Shown piece by piece: positions 20,947 through 30,872 of a stretch of 64,000 nt of DNA. Made by a program: the position numbers and the translations under genes. Below the pieces are notes generated by a model. It was not told the DNA's origin. It did no database searches and worked only from the letters and a program-made list of their open reading frames with translations. The DNA comes from Bacillota bacterium. Its GTDB lineage: Bacteria; Bacillota; DTU025. Numbering within the stretch: position 1 is the first letter of the stretch; the number at the start of each line of letters is the position of its first letter. Where the stretch lies: positions 480,001 through 544,000 of the forward strand of contig JBMNJT010000002.1 of NCBI GenBank assembly GCA_050951805.1. The letters are read 5' to 3'.

Positions 20947-20960
20947 CTTAATCGGTTAAG
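20947..20960. promoter_or_regulatory. Second LacI operator O2
   Basis: CTTAATCGGTTAAG, one mismatch to O1, 162 bp downstream. Confidence 0.7.
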
Positions 20961-21047
20961 TGGAGAATTATTCGTTCCTTGAAGATACGATTGCGAGGAT
21001 TTTCGCGGTTCGGCTACCCAATCTTGATTTTGGAAGGTGGCTTGGTT

Positions 21048-22073
21048 ATGTCTCCCACGATCCGTGACATTGCCGAGGCAGCTGGCGTATCGACGGCGGC
21101 AGTCTCTTACGTCATCAACGATAAGCCCGGTGTGGGCGAGGAGACTCGTCGCAGGGTGCTCAAGATAATGCGCGAGATGAACTACAGGCCTAACCCGCAG
21201 GCAAGGGGGCTCGCGGCCCGACGCACGGGAATGATTGGGCTCATGATCCCCGACATTACCGACCCATTCTATGTCAACATCGTCCGCGGCGTGGAGGCTA
21301 AAGCCAACGAGCTCGGGTACACCTTGAATCTGTGCACCACCCACGGAGATGCCGAACGCGAACGTGACGTGGCAGAGCTCTTTGCCAGCGGAGGAGTGGA
21401 CGGGGTTATCATGATGACATACAAGCTCACGCCCTCTGAGCTTAAGGAGCTAAGCGAGGGGCGGGCCCCCGTAGTGGCCATCGATAACCCCGAGGCTGCA
21501 GGGTGGGTGCCATCAGTACTCGTCGACAATATTGCGCTGGGGCGGACCGCTACATCCTATCTGACAGAACTAGGCCACACACGGATAGGATTCATCCATG
21601 GCGTTGAAGGGTCGATTGCGTCTATGCGGCGTTATGAAGGCTATGTGCAGGCGCTGAAGTCGCAGGGAGCTGAATTTAGCCCTGAATTGGTTGAATATGG
21701 GGGGTTTACGCATGCAGGGGGAGTCGAAGCAGCGCGCGTACTCCTGTCCCGTCCCCAGCGGCCTACAGCCATTTTTGCCGCAAACGATCAGATGGCGCTC
21801 GGAGCGATGAGCGCTGCAATGGAGCTTGGCCTTTCGGTGCCTTCGGATCTATCCATAATCGGGGTCGATGATATTGAGGCGGCGGCTCTCGTGGTCCCTG
21901 GCCTCACAACGTTGAAACAGCCTACGTGCGAGATTGGGGCGTGTGCCGTCGGGATCCTTGCCGATCTGATCCGTAGTCCCGAAGGCGATGACGAGGCAGG
22001 CGCTTCAGACGTTGGTCAACGGGTATTCGAGGCTAGGTTGATTGTTCGCGGATCATGTGCTCCCCGGCAATAG
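21048..22073 (+). CDS. LacI family transcriptional regulator
   Basis: PTIRDIAEAAGVSTAAVSYVIN HTH, YRPNPQARGL and LIVRGSC. Confidence 0.95.
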   Translation: MSPTIRDIAEAAGVSTAAVSYVINDKPGVGEETRRRVLKIMREMNYRPNPQARGLAARRTGMIGLMIPDITDPFYVNIVRGVEAKANELGYTLNLCTTHGDAERERDVAELFASGGVDGVIMMTYKLTPSELKELSEGRAPVVAIDNPEAAGWVPSVLVDNIALGRTATSYLTELGHTRIGFIHGVEGSIASMRRYEGYVQALKSQGAEFSPELVEYGGFTHAGGVEAARVLLSRPQRPTAIFAANDQMALGAMSAAMELGLSVPSDLSIIGVDDIEAAALVVPGLTTLKQPTCEIGACAVGILADLIRSPEGDDEAGASDVGQRVFEARLIVRGSCAPRQ

Positions 22074-22128
22074 GATTGACAGCGGGAACCTTTACATACA
22101 GAAGCGATGAGAGGCGGCTGAAAGTCAT

Positions 22129-24531
22129 ATGAGGAGATTCGAATCGAAATACGGCTACTTCGATGAAACGGCGCGAGAATACGTGATAACGACTCCCCAT
22201 ACCCCAAGGCCCTGGGTGAACGTGATATGTCCGGGAGACTGGGGCCTTGTCCTTTCCCAAACCGGCGGCGGTTACAGCTGGCGCACGCATGCGTCGCTCA
22301 ACGCCATCACCCGCTGGTCTCAAGACATTGTGCGCGACAATTGGGGAAAATACATATACGCGCGTGATGATAACTCAGGCGAGATTTGGTCTCTTTCGTG
22401 GATGCCGGCAAGGCGCAAGCCCGACCGATATCGCGTAAGGCATGGAATTGGTTATTCTGTCATAGAATCCGAGAATTCGGGTATTTCAAGTGAGCTCACG
22501 GTCACCGTGCCGCCAGGCGAGCCTCTAGAAGTGTGGCTTGTCGAACTTTCGAATGACGGCAGTGAAGACCGTGAGCTCTCGCTTTTCACGTATTTCGAAT
22601 GGTGTTTGGGCGCATCGCCCGACTGGCATCGTGAGTTTCACAGGACCTTCATCGAGACCTCTATCGAACCGGATGCGAGCACCATGTGGGCACGCAAGAG
22701 ACTGTGGGAGATCCCCAATGATAGGGGAGAGGCTTGGAACAGGCCGTGGGAGTATTCGGCGTTCCATGCATCGAGCCTCGATGCTGCTGGTTTCGAAGGC
22801 GACAAAGAGGCTTTTCTCGGAATGTATGGGGATTTGGCAAGGCCCGCAGCGGTGGCGCGTGGCGTTTTGTCCAATTCACATGGCAAATGGACCGATGCAA
22901 TCGGGTCGATCCATGTGAAAATCAAGCTGCCCGCCGGTGAAAAGAGGCGTGTGTCCTTCCTGCTCGGTGCTGTGGAGGCGGGCCGTGAAGATGACGCCCG
23001 CGCTCAGATCGCACAATACCGTGATCCGGGTGAGGCGGCAGACGCCATGCGGCGCGCCTCGGAGTTTTGGTGCGATCTTCTCAAACCATACGAAGTTAGG
23101 ACGCCGGACGAGGCATTTAACATCATGAACAATACCTGGCTTCCCTATCAAGCAATCTCCGGGCGGATGTGGGGTAGGACCGGGTATTATCAGGCAGGTG
23201 GGGCTTATGGATTCCGTGATCAGCTCCAAGACAGTCAGGTTTTCCTCCCACTCGATCCTTCTGAAACGGCAAAACAGATAAAGCTGCACGGGGCGCACCA
23301 GTATGTTGACGGCCATGTCGACCATTGGTGGCATCCGATCTCTGAAATAGGCGGCGGCGGCCTCTATTCCGACGACCTTCTTTGGCTTCCTTTTGTTACT
23401 ATTGGCTATCTAAAGGAGACAGGGGACTATGCCTTGCTCGATGAGGAGGTCCCATACCGCGACGGAGAGCCCGAAAGTATTTGGCAACACTGCATCCGCG
23501 CTATCGACCTCAGCCTGTCGCGCCGAAGCGAGAGAGGGCTTCCGCTCATGCTTGGTGGCGACTGGAATGACGGAATGAATGCCGTAGGAACCGAGGGCAG
23601 GGGAGAGAGTGTGTGGGTGGCGGAGTTTCTCTGTACCATTCTTCCGGATATTGCGCATGTTGCGCGTCGTCGCGGTGAAGAGGAAGTGGCTAGCCGTTAT
23701 GAGCAGGCATGGCGCGAGCTTGCTGACGCGGTTAACACCCACGGCTGGAGCGCTGAGGGGGGATGGTACATCCGCGCCATATGCGATGACGGCATGCTCA
23801 TAGGCGATCCTGGTTGCAAATACGGGAAGATATTCTTGAATGCCCAGGTCTGGGCGATAATGAGTGGTATTGCTACAGGCAAACGCGCCGAGTCTGCCTG
23901 GCGGGCAGTGGTCAAACACCTTTCAGTGGATTCCGGCCCTGTGCTTTTTGCGCCAGCCTACGGCGAACCGGACGAGAGAATAGGCTACTTGACCAGGTAT
24001 GCGCCTGGAGTTCGGGAGAACGGCGGCCGTTATACCCATGCTGCCACGTGGGCCATGATAGCTGCGGCTATTATGGGAGATTCATCGGAGGCATGGCAGA
24101 TGTATAGCAGGATCTGCCCGGTGAGGTGCGGATCGTCGCCAGATGTGTACAAGGCGGAACCGTACGTTACTCCAGGCAATGTTGCCGGGCCGGACTCAGA
24201 TAGGTACTGCGAGGGGGGATGGACCTGGTACACTGGTTCGGCAACATGGCTGTTCCGTGTAGGCTCAGAGTGGCTCCTCGGCGTCCGTCCCGAATGGGAT
24301 GGGCTCAGAATCGACCCTTGTATTCCCGCGCATTGGGACGGGTTCTCCATGAGACGGAATTTCAGGGGCGCTACGTATGAGATTCACGTGAAAAACCCCG
24401 ATCACGTTTCGTCCGGAGTCTTTAGGATGATCATGGACGGACGCAAGATCGACGGCTGCCTGTTGCCGATTGTAGGCGACGGCAGGGTTCATCGTGTCGA
24501 GATCACCCTTGGAAAGTCAAATAAGGATTAG
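22129..24531 (+). CDS. GH94 glycoside phosphorylase (NdvB/Cgs phosphorylase-like)
   Basis: YGYFD...REYVIT...TPRPWVN, YYQAGGAYGFRDQLQD, YSDDLLWL, GDWNDGMN, GESVW, ENGG.YTH and WYTGSA. Confidence 0.92.
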   Translation: MRRFESKYGYFDETAREYVITTPHTPRPWVNVICPGDWGLVLSQTGGGYSWRTHASLNAITRWSQDIVRDNWGKYIYARDDNSGEIWSLSWMPARRKPDRYRVRHGIGYSVIESENSGISSELTVTVPPGEPLEVWLVELSNDGSEDRELSLFTYFEWCLGASPDWHREFHRTFIETSIEPDASTMWARKRLWEIPNDRGEAWNRPWEYSAFHASSLDAAGFEGDKEAFLGMYGDLARPAAVARGVLSNSHGKWTDAIGSIHVKIKLPAGEKRRVSFLLGAVEAGREDDARAQIAQYRDPGEAADAMRRASEFWCDLLKPYEVRTPDEAFNIMNNTWLPYQAISGRMWGRTGYYQAGGAYGFRDQLQDSQVFLPLDPSETAKQIKLHGAHQYVDGHVDHWWHPISEIGGGGLYSDDLLWLPFVTIGYLKETGDYALLDEEVPYRDGEPESIWQHCIRAIDLSLSRRSERGLPLMLGGDWNDGMNAVGTEGRGESVWVAEFLCTILPDIAHVARRRGEEEVASRYEQAWRELADAVNTHGWSAEGGWYIRAICDDGMLIGDPGCKYGKIFLNAQVWAIMSGIATGKRAESAWRAVVKHLSVDSGPVLFAPAYGEPDERIGYLTRYAPGVRENGGRYTHAATWAMIAAAIMGDSSEAWQMYSRICPVRCGSSPDVYKAEPYVTPGNVAGPDSDRYCEGGWTWYTGSATWLFRVGSEWLLGVRPEWDGLRIDPCIPAHWDGFSMRRNFRGATYEIHVKNPDHVSSGVFRMIMDGRKIDGCLLPIVGDGRVHRVEITLGKSNKD

Positions 24532-24544
24532 GGAGGCGGCTCGT

Positions 24545-27500
24545 ATGAAGTGGTCTGAGAGTAAGGGCAAGCGCGCGTTGAATGCGTCGATCTGCGCTCT
24601 TGCATTGGCTGTCGTGTTCGCCTTTTCATGTCACTGGCCGGCGAACGCAGCCGGGATCGATCGGACATATCTGTTTGGAATGGATACTGAAGAGGAGATC
24701 GCAAAGTTCGATAATGACAATACCGGTGCCAGGCTCGAGCTCACTCGGGAAGTCGTGAGACAGGGTTTTGGGGCTATGAAAGTGACTCCCAGCGGCAAGG
24801 CTCTGGAGACTAAGGTCGCTGTCGATATCGACGGAGTGACGCTCAACGAGTGGATAGGCAAAGATGTGCTGGCGGTCCACGTTTACATCCCAGAGGACAT
24901 GGCGATTGCGCCCAATTCTTTCTTCTTGGGCATGGCGGATCTGTCGGATGGATGGGCGTGGGTGGACGGAGTCTTTCCCAAAGTGGAGGTTGTGCCAGGT
25001 TGGAATGACGTAGTCTACAAGCTTTCTGACGGGATGAAGAAGGTCAAGGAAGGCGGCCATTACAAGCTGTATTTCTCCTTCTTTGCCGTCGACGAAGGGG
25101 GCGCCAAGATTCCGCTGACAGAGTCGTTCTTCTTGGACGGGATCTGGCTGGAGACCCTCGATGGTGATGCTTCCGCTTCGTCGGGAGCTCCCGTGGGGGA
25201 TTGGCTTTGGGCTATGGATGACGAGGCTGAGTTGGCAGGATACGAGAACGATAACACTGGGGCCAAGTTCGAACTAGATGCAGGGATAGTCTGCCAGGGA
25301 CTCCGTTCTGTTGCGGTCATTCCTGACGGAAAGGCTATCGAAACAAAGCTAGCTCTCGACCTGACCGGAGAGAGGCTCGAGAGATGGATTGGCGAGCGTG
25401 AAGTGGTTCTCAATGCTTACCTGCCTCCAGAGAACGAATTCAATCCCACCATGTTCTTCCTTGGCATGGCGGATCTCTCAAATGGTTGGGATTGGGTGGG
25501 GGGCATATTTGCCAAGGTCGAACCGGGCCCGGGTTGGAATCGCATAACCTATCCTCTTCCCGATGAAATGAGCAACCTCAAACCTGATGGCAAATACAAG
25601 CTCTATTTTGCCTGGGCTCACGTAGATGAGGCAGGGAAGAAGCTTCCGCTGAGGGAGAAGTTCTACATAGACGGCATAGGGCTCGCAGAGGCCAGAGTCT
25701 CCCGAGATGACCTTATCCAGCGGATTCCCGAGGCAACGAGGTTAGAAGTAGCAGCAATGCTAGAACTGGATGATGAAGAGCTTATAGAGGCGGTAGCGCG
25801 GAAGACCTTCGATTATTTCTGGCGCGAGGCAAACCCGGCTAACGGGCTGATTCGGGACAGAAGCACCAAGGATTCGCCGTGCAGCATTGCGGCTGTAGGC
25901 TTTGGCTTGTCGGCGATTCCAGTGGGGATAGAGCGAGGTTGGATCACCAGGGATGAAGGATATGAACGCGTGCTCGTCACCTTGAGAACGTTCGCCAGTG
26001 GAGGGGTTGAGGGCAAGAACGGATTCTACTACCACTTCGTCGACATGTCCGAAGGACGACGGTTCGGAGACTGCGAGATCTCTTCGATAGACACGGCGAT
26101 CTTTCTTGCGGGTGCTCTTACCGCCGGACAGTATTTCGCAGGAACCGAGGCAGAAGCTTTGGCGAACAAGGTTTACGCGGCCGCGGACTGGGAGTGGATG
26201 ATGAACGAAGGCGACACCCTGTCGATGGGCTGGAAACCGGAGATCGGGTTCCTCTCGGCAAGATGGAACTCGTTCAACGAAGGCTTACTCGCCTATGTTC
26301 TGGCGATAGGCTCTCCCACGCATCCTATATCGGCTTCAGCATGGGATAACATCTTCCGTCCGGTAAACGAAAACTACATCTGTCTTCCTCAGGAGACGCT
26401 TTTCGTCTACCAATACCCTGCTGCATGGATCGATTTCCGCAACAAAGAGGACAGTTACGCAAACTACTTCAACAATGCGGTGACGGCCACAAGGATGAAC
26501 CGCTTGTTTGCCGTGTTGCGCAGGTTTAACTATTCAACTTACGACATGGACATATGGGGAATCTCCGCATGTGACGGACCTGCAGGGTACAAGCCTTATG
26601 GTGCATCCGAAGGAAACCACGATGGCACCGTGGCTCCGTACGCGTCCATCGCATCGATGCCGTTTACGCCTGAGCTTTCTATGGCTGCAATCAGGGCCAT
26701 GCTAGAACGTGAAGGCGGGCTGGTGTGGGGCGAGTACGGCTTCGTGTCGGGATTCAACGTGGACCAGAACTGGTATTCCGACCAGTATGTGGGGATAGAC
26801 CAAGGGATCATCTTGCTGATGCTGGAGAACTACCGTTCGGAGTTGATCTGGAAGCACTTCATGGCCCATCCTGCCATCGAAGAGGCCATGGAGAGAATCG
26901 GATTCGTGAAAAGCGATTCGGATTACGCAGTTACCCCGGCATACCTTGATGCATGGGAGAGGATGCGCCTCGCTCCTTCGGAAAAGAAGGCGGTGGCGAA
27001 GCGGGCCGCCACGCCAGTCGTTATAGACGGGGATCTTTCGGAATGGAAAGGCCTCGAAGGCTACGTGGTGGATGAAGACATGAATGTTCCCGCCGGTGGC
27101 ATAGAGAAGGTCGACAAGAAGAAGCAGGTGCTCAATTCGACTTTCTATGTGCAGTATGACGAGGAATACCTGTACATTGCCGCAAATGTGGCAGACGAAT
27201 ACATCGTAATCAACATCAAACCCGAGGATAAGGCGGGCTACTACCGTACAGACTCAGTCGAGTTCTATATAGATCCTTCAAGGGCTGGATCTGGTGCTGG
27301 ATTGATGAAACTCGCCATCCTGCCTTTTGACACGGAAGGCAATGTTCAGGCTGTGCGGCATGAGGACACCAAGCCCGGCCCAATCGCCAAAACGAACCCC
27401 CGGATCCGTGTGGCCTCGAGCCGGACGGAGCGGGGATACGCAATAGAGGCGGCGATACCCCTTGCTGATCTGGGGATAAAGGCTGAACCAGGGACGAAAC

Positions 27501-27643
27501 TCGGGTTCTGCCATACAGTGCACAACAGTAATGACAGGGAAGCGAAGATAGGGCAGTACGTGAGAACTAACGTGATTGCGTGGAACAACCTTCCCGAGAT
27601 CTGGGCCAACCCGGACCTGTGGGGAGAACTCGTATTCGAGTAG
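24545..27643 (+). CDS. Secreted multidomain GH144-like (endo-beta-1,2-glucanase type) enzyme with two N-terminal repeated domains and a C-terminal CBM9-like domain
   Basis: Signal peptide; core motifs SIAAVGFGL, GFYYHF, SSIDTA, GWKPE.GF, WGISACDGP, DGTVAP, GEYGF and GIDQG; C-terminal IDGDLSEW...YDEEYLY...DSVEFYID. Confidence 0.85.
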   Translation: MKWSESKGKRALNASICALALAVVFAFSCHWPANAAGIDRTYLFGMDTEEEIAKFDNDNTGARLELTREVVRQGFGAMKVTPSGKALETKVAVDIDGVTLNEWIGKDVLAVHVYIPEDMAIAPNSFFLGMADLSDGWAWVDGVFPKVEVVPGWNDVVYKLSDGMKKVKEGGHYKLYFSFFAVDEGGAKIPLTESFFLDGIWLETLDGDASASSGAPVGDWLWAMDDEAELAGYENDNTGAKFELDAGIVCQGLRSVAVIPDGKAIETKLALDLTGERLERWIGEREVVLNAYLPPENEFNPTMFFLGMADLSNGWDWVGGIFAKVEPGPGWNRITYPLPDEMSNLKPDGKYKLYFAWAHVDEAGKKLPLREKFYIDGIGLAEARVSRDDLIQRIPEATRLEVAAMLELDDEELIEAVARKTFDYFWREANPANGLIRDRSTKDSPCSIAAVGFGLSAIPVGIERGWITRDEGYERVLVTLRTFASGGVEGKNGFYYHFVDMSEGRRFGDCEISSIDTAIFLAGALTAGQYFAGTEAEALANKVYAAADWEWMMNEGDTLSMGWKPEIGFLSARWNSFNEGLLAYVLAIGSPTHPISASAWDNIFRPVNENYICLPQETLFVYQYPAAWIDFRNKEDSYANYFNNAVTATRMNRLFAVLRRFNYSTYDMDIWGISACDGPAGYKPYGASEGNHDGTVAPYASIASMPFTPELSMAAIRAMLEREGGLVWGEYGFVSGFNVDQNWYSDQYVGIDQGIILLMLENYRSELIWKHFMAHPAIEEAMERIGFVKSDSDYAVTPAYLDAWERMRLAPSEKKAVAKRAATPVVIDGDLSEWKGLEGYVVDEDMNVPAGGIEKVDKKKQVLNSTFYVQYDEEYLYIAANVADEYIVINIKPEDKAGYYRTDSVEFYIDPSRAGSGAGLMKLAILPFDTEGNVQAVRHEDTKPGPIAKTNPRIRVASSRTERGYAIEAAIPLADLGIKAEPGTKLGFCHTVHNSNDREAKIGQYVRTNVIAWNNLPEIWANPDLWGELVFE
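24667..25690 (+). repeat. Tandem duplication of a domain of about 165 aa inside the GH144 gene
   Basis: Both copies contain NDNTGA, QG, GKA.ETK, WIG, FFLGMADLS.GW.WV.G.F, PGWN, YKLYF, VDE.G.K.PL and F..DGI. Confidence 0.92.
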
Positions 27644-27690
27644 CGATAGATTGAGGAGAGCGGCGTCGACTGTATAAATCAAGGAGGGAC

Positions 27691-28911
27691 ATGAATATGC
27701 GAAGAGCGGCATCAATGATTCTGTGTGGCGCGTTGCTCCTTGGGATCATGGTGTCATCCGCTGCTGCAGCCCCCGTCAGACTGACAGTTTGGGCAATGGG
27801 TGCGGAGGCTCAAAAGATCGGGGAGATGACCGCCAAGTTTGAGCAGGCCAATCCCGACATTCGCGTGACAGTTCAGGCCATACCGTGGAGCGCAGCTCAT
27901 GACAAGATCATCACTGCGGTGGCAGGCGGAACCGGGCCAGATGTTGCACAGATGGGCACCACGTGGATGGCGGAGTTCGGATCTATAGGAGTATTCGAAG
28001 AGCTGTCCCGGTATATGTCGAAATCAAAGGTAGTAGACAAGAGCCAATTCTTCTCAGGATCTTACGGCACGTGCGTTGTGGGCGGGAAAGTGTACGGTGT
28101 GCCTTGGTACGTAGATACTAGGGCCCTGTTTTACAGGAAGGACTTGCTTGCGCAGAAAGGCTTCAAGCAACCCCCTCAGACCTGGGACGAACTGAGGGCG
28201 GCCGCGGCGGCTCTGGCTGCGGACGGAAAGGGATACGGCATGGCCCTTTCAACCAATAATTACCAAGAGTTCTTGCCGTTCGTATGGCAGAACGGCGGAC
28301 GGATTCTGGATGAGAAGGGCCGACCGCAGGTGACGGAACCAGAGTTCGTGGAAGCGTTGGACTTCTACGCTAAGCTCTTCCACGACAAGATAGCCCCGAT
28401 CGACAGCGGCGGCAGCGATCTTTTTCAGGAGTTCGCGAAGGGCACTATGCCAATGTATTTCAGCGGACCATGGATGATCAATCTCACTCGTGAACAGACA
28501 CCGGAGATTGATGGCAAGTGGTCGGTAGCGCTATGTCCCAAAAAGAAGACGAGAACGTCATTTGTGGGCGGGTGCAATCTTGTAGTATTCAAAGACTCGC
28601 GGAACAAGGATGCCGCGTGGCGTTTCGTGGAGTTTATGAGCGATCCCAGGACTCAGCTGGAATGGTTCAGGGTTTCAGGATGTCTTCCTGCGGTGAAAAA
28701 GTCGTGGGATGCTAGAGACCTGGCGGGAAACCCCATGATGGCGGTCTTCCGGGAGCAGCTGGATGACGCCCGTGCGCCGGAGAACGTGCCGCAATGGGCC
28801 CAGATAGAGGTCGCTGTCCAAAGGAGGGTGCAGGAGGCGTGCTATGGCAAGAAGACTGCCATGGAAGCTGCCCGTGCTCTCGAAGCGGACATAAAGGCGA
28901 TCATGAGGTAG
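27691..28911 (+). CDS. Sugar ABC substrate-binding protein
   Basis: Signal peptide; VWAMG, PDVAQMGTTW, VPWYVDTR and SFVGG.NL; AGGAGG RBS. Confidence 0.92.
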   Translation: MNMRRAASMILCGALLLGIMVSSAAAAPVRLTVWAMGAEAQKIGEMTAKFEQANPDIRVTVQAIPWSAAHDKIITAVAGGTGPDVAQMGTTWMAEFGSIGVFEELSRYMSKSKVVDKSQFFSGSYGTCVVGGKVYGVPWYVDTRALFYRKDLLAQKGFKQPPQTWDELRAAAAALAADGKGYGMALSTNNYQEFLPFVWQNGGRILDEKGRPQVTEPEFVEALDFYAKLFHDKIAPIDSGGSDLFQEFAKGTMPMYFSGPWMINLTREQTPEIDGKWSVALCPKKKTRTSFVGGCNLVVFKDSRNKDAAWRFVEFMSDPRTQLEWFRVSGCLPAVKKSWDARDLAGNPMMAVFREQLDDARAPENVPQWAQIEVAVQRRVQEACYGKKTAMEAARALEADIKAIMR

Positions 28912-28961
28912 ATCACGTGGGCAAGTGAGGCGGAACTTGCCGCCGCGCTCACCCACGCGCA

Positions 28962-28997
28962 GCCTGCGCCGAGGGGCATGAACCTCTCGGCGCAGGC
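28962..28997 (+). other. Intercistronic stem-loop between the SBP and permease genes
   Basis: GCCTGCGCCGAG...CTCGGCGCAGGC 12-bp stem. Confidence 0.6.
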
Positions 28998-29110
28998 GAT
29001 CCGGCCCTGATCTTGAATTTTGGATCCGGTTTTGGTTTTCGTTATTAGCCGCGCTGCGTGAAGCCGATTGCTGGCTGGCAAGGCATGTGCGGCGTTTGGA
29101 GGTCGTTGCC

Positions 29111-29992
29111 ATGCAGCGAAATGCTAAGGTGGCATACATGTTCTTGGCGCCTGCTCTGGTATTGATGATGGTGTTTGTCGTAATACCGGTGGTTGCTTCT
29201 TTCGTGATAAGCCTGACCGATTTCGACATCTTTGCCCTGGCCGATTGGAGCAATGCTAAGTTCATCGGGTTCGACAACTATGTCCGGCTTTTCCAGGACG
29301 AACTGTTTTGGAAGGCTCTGAGCAACACCCTTTACTTCGTGGCAGTGGGAGTTCCCCTCGCAATAGTGTTATCGCTTATTCTCGCAGTCCTTCTCAACTC
29401 TCCATTCAACCACGCGAAGGACTTGTTTAGGGTGGGATATTACCTTCCTAGCATTACTGAGACTGTGGCCATCGCCGTGGTGTGGAGATGGGTCCTCAAT
29501 CCGAGGTATGGAATTCTCAAACGCGCCCTGGAGATCTTCGGGTTGCCTTCGCCCAACTGGCTCGGGGATCCACGATGGGCGATGCCTGCAATAATCATGA
29601 TGGCGGTGTGGAAAGGACTGGGTCACAACGCTCTGATATTTCTCGCCGGCCTTCAGAGCATCCCGTCAACGGTGTATGAAGCGGCGCAGATCGATGGGGC
29701 AGACGGCTGGGAGCAGTTCAGGTTCATCACATTGCCGCTATTGGCACCTACCACGTTTTTTGTGGCGATAATGACTCTAATCGGCTACCTGCAGCTCTTT
29801 GCCGAACCTTACACCCTTACAGACGGTGGGCCATTGGATGCAACCCTGTCCATAGTGCTTTACATGTACAGGCACGGGTTTAAGTTCTTCAACCTTGGAT
29901 ATGCCTCTGCCATGGCTTACGTTCTGTTTGCCATGATATTCGTTGCCACACTGCTATCGACGAGGTCAAGGGCCGAAGAGGTGACTTACTGA
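29111..29992 (+). CDS. Sugar ABC permease
   Basis: YEAAQIDGA and LQLFAEPY.LT.GGP; ATG follows GGAGG. Confidence 0.92.
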   Translation: MQRNAKVAYMFLAPALVLMMVFVVIPVVASFVISLTDFDIFALADWSNAKFIGFDNYVRLFQDELFWKALSNTLYFVAVGVPLAIVLSLILAVLLNSPFNHAKDLFRVGYYLPSITETVAIAVVWRWVLNPRYGILKRALEIFGLPSPNWLGDPRWAMPAIIMMAVWKGLGHNALIFLAGLQSIPSTVYEAAQIDGADGWEQFRFITLPLLAPTTFFVAIMTLIGYLQLFAEPYTLTDGGPLDATLSIVLYMYRHGFKFFNLGYASAMAYVLFAMIFVATLLSTRSRAEEVTY

Positions 29993-30041
29993 TGAGGGAG
30001 CTGTTTGAATCGTTAAAGGACAGGAATGGAGGGAATCGGGG

Positions 30042-30872
30042 ATGAAGGCAGCACGAAACATTCCCATGACAGTCCTCGTCAACTTCTTGCTCATTGTGGG
30101 GCTTGTGGGCATGGCCGCGCCTTTCGTGTGGATGTTGTCGACGTCGTTCAAAGGGACGAAGGACATCTTCCGGTACCCTCCCCAATGGATACCCCAAGAG
30201 CCCACACTCGACAATTACAGAAAGCTGTTCAGAACGGTCAACATCGGCAGACCCTTGATGAATACGGTGATTACTGCCCTATCAATCACTGGACTTTCTC
30301 TGATTATCTGCTCGATGGCGGGATACGCTTTTGCCAAGTTCGAGTTTCCCGGGAAGAATGTGCTTTTCATGGGCGTTCTCGGAACGTTGATGGTTCCAGG
30401 GCAGATCACCATGATACCTGTCTTCCTCCTCTTGAAGAAACTAGGGCTCCTAAACACCTATTCGGGCCTTGTTCTGCCCGGCATAGCCAGCGCTTTCGGG
30501 ATATTTTTCATGAGGCAATTCATGGTGACGCTGCCAAACGAGCTTTTGGAGGCGGCGCGGATAGACGGGGCGGGGGAGTTTTTCATATTCAACCGCATAG
30601 TATTGCCTCTGTGCAAACCGGCCCTTGCGACCCTGGGAATCCTCAATTTCACTGGCTCATGGAACAACTTCCTGTGGCCGTTGATCATATCGACCGATGA
30701 GAGCATGTATACATTGCCTGTTGCCGTTGCCAATCTGGCAGGGCAATACGCGACCGAATACGGATTGCAGATGGCAGGCTCTGTGATGGTGATAATGCCT
30801 ATCGTGATATTCTTCTTGTTTGCGCAGCAGTGGTTCATGGAAGGGGTTGCGATGACGGGAATGAAGGGCTAG
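30042..30872 (+). CDS. Sugar ABC permease
   Basis: ELLEAARIDGA, WNNFLWPL and C-terminal GMKG. Confidence 0.92.
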   Translation: MKAARNIPMTVLVNFLLIVGLVGMAAPFVWMLSTSFKGTKDIFRYPPQWIPQEPTLDNYRKLFRTVNIGRPLMNTVITALSITGLSLIICSMAGYAFAKFEFPGKNVLFMGVLGTLMVPGQITMIPVFLLLKKLGLLNTYSGLVLPGIASAFGIFFMRQFMVTLPNELLEAARIDGAGEFFIFNRIVLPLCKPALATLGILNFTGSWNNFLWPLIISTDESMYTLPVAVANLAGQYATEYGLQMAGSVMVIMPIVIFFLFAQQWFMEGVAMTGMKG

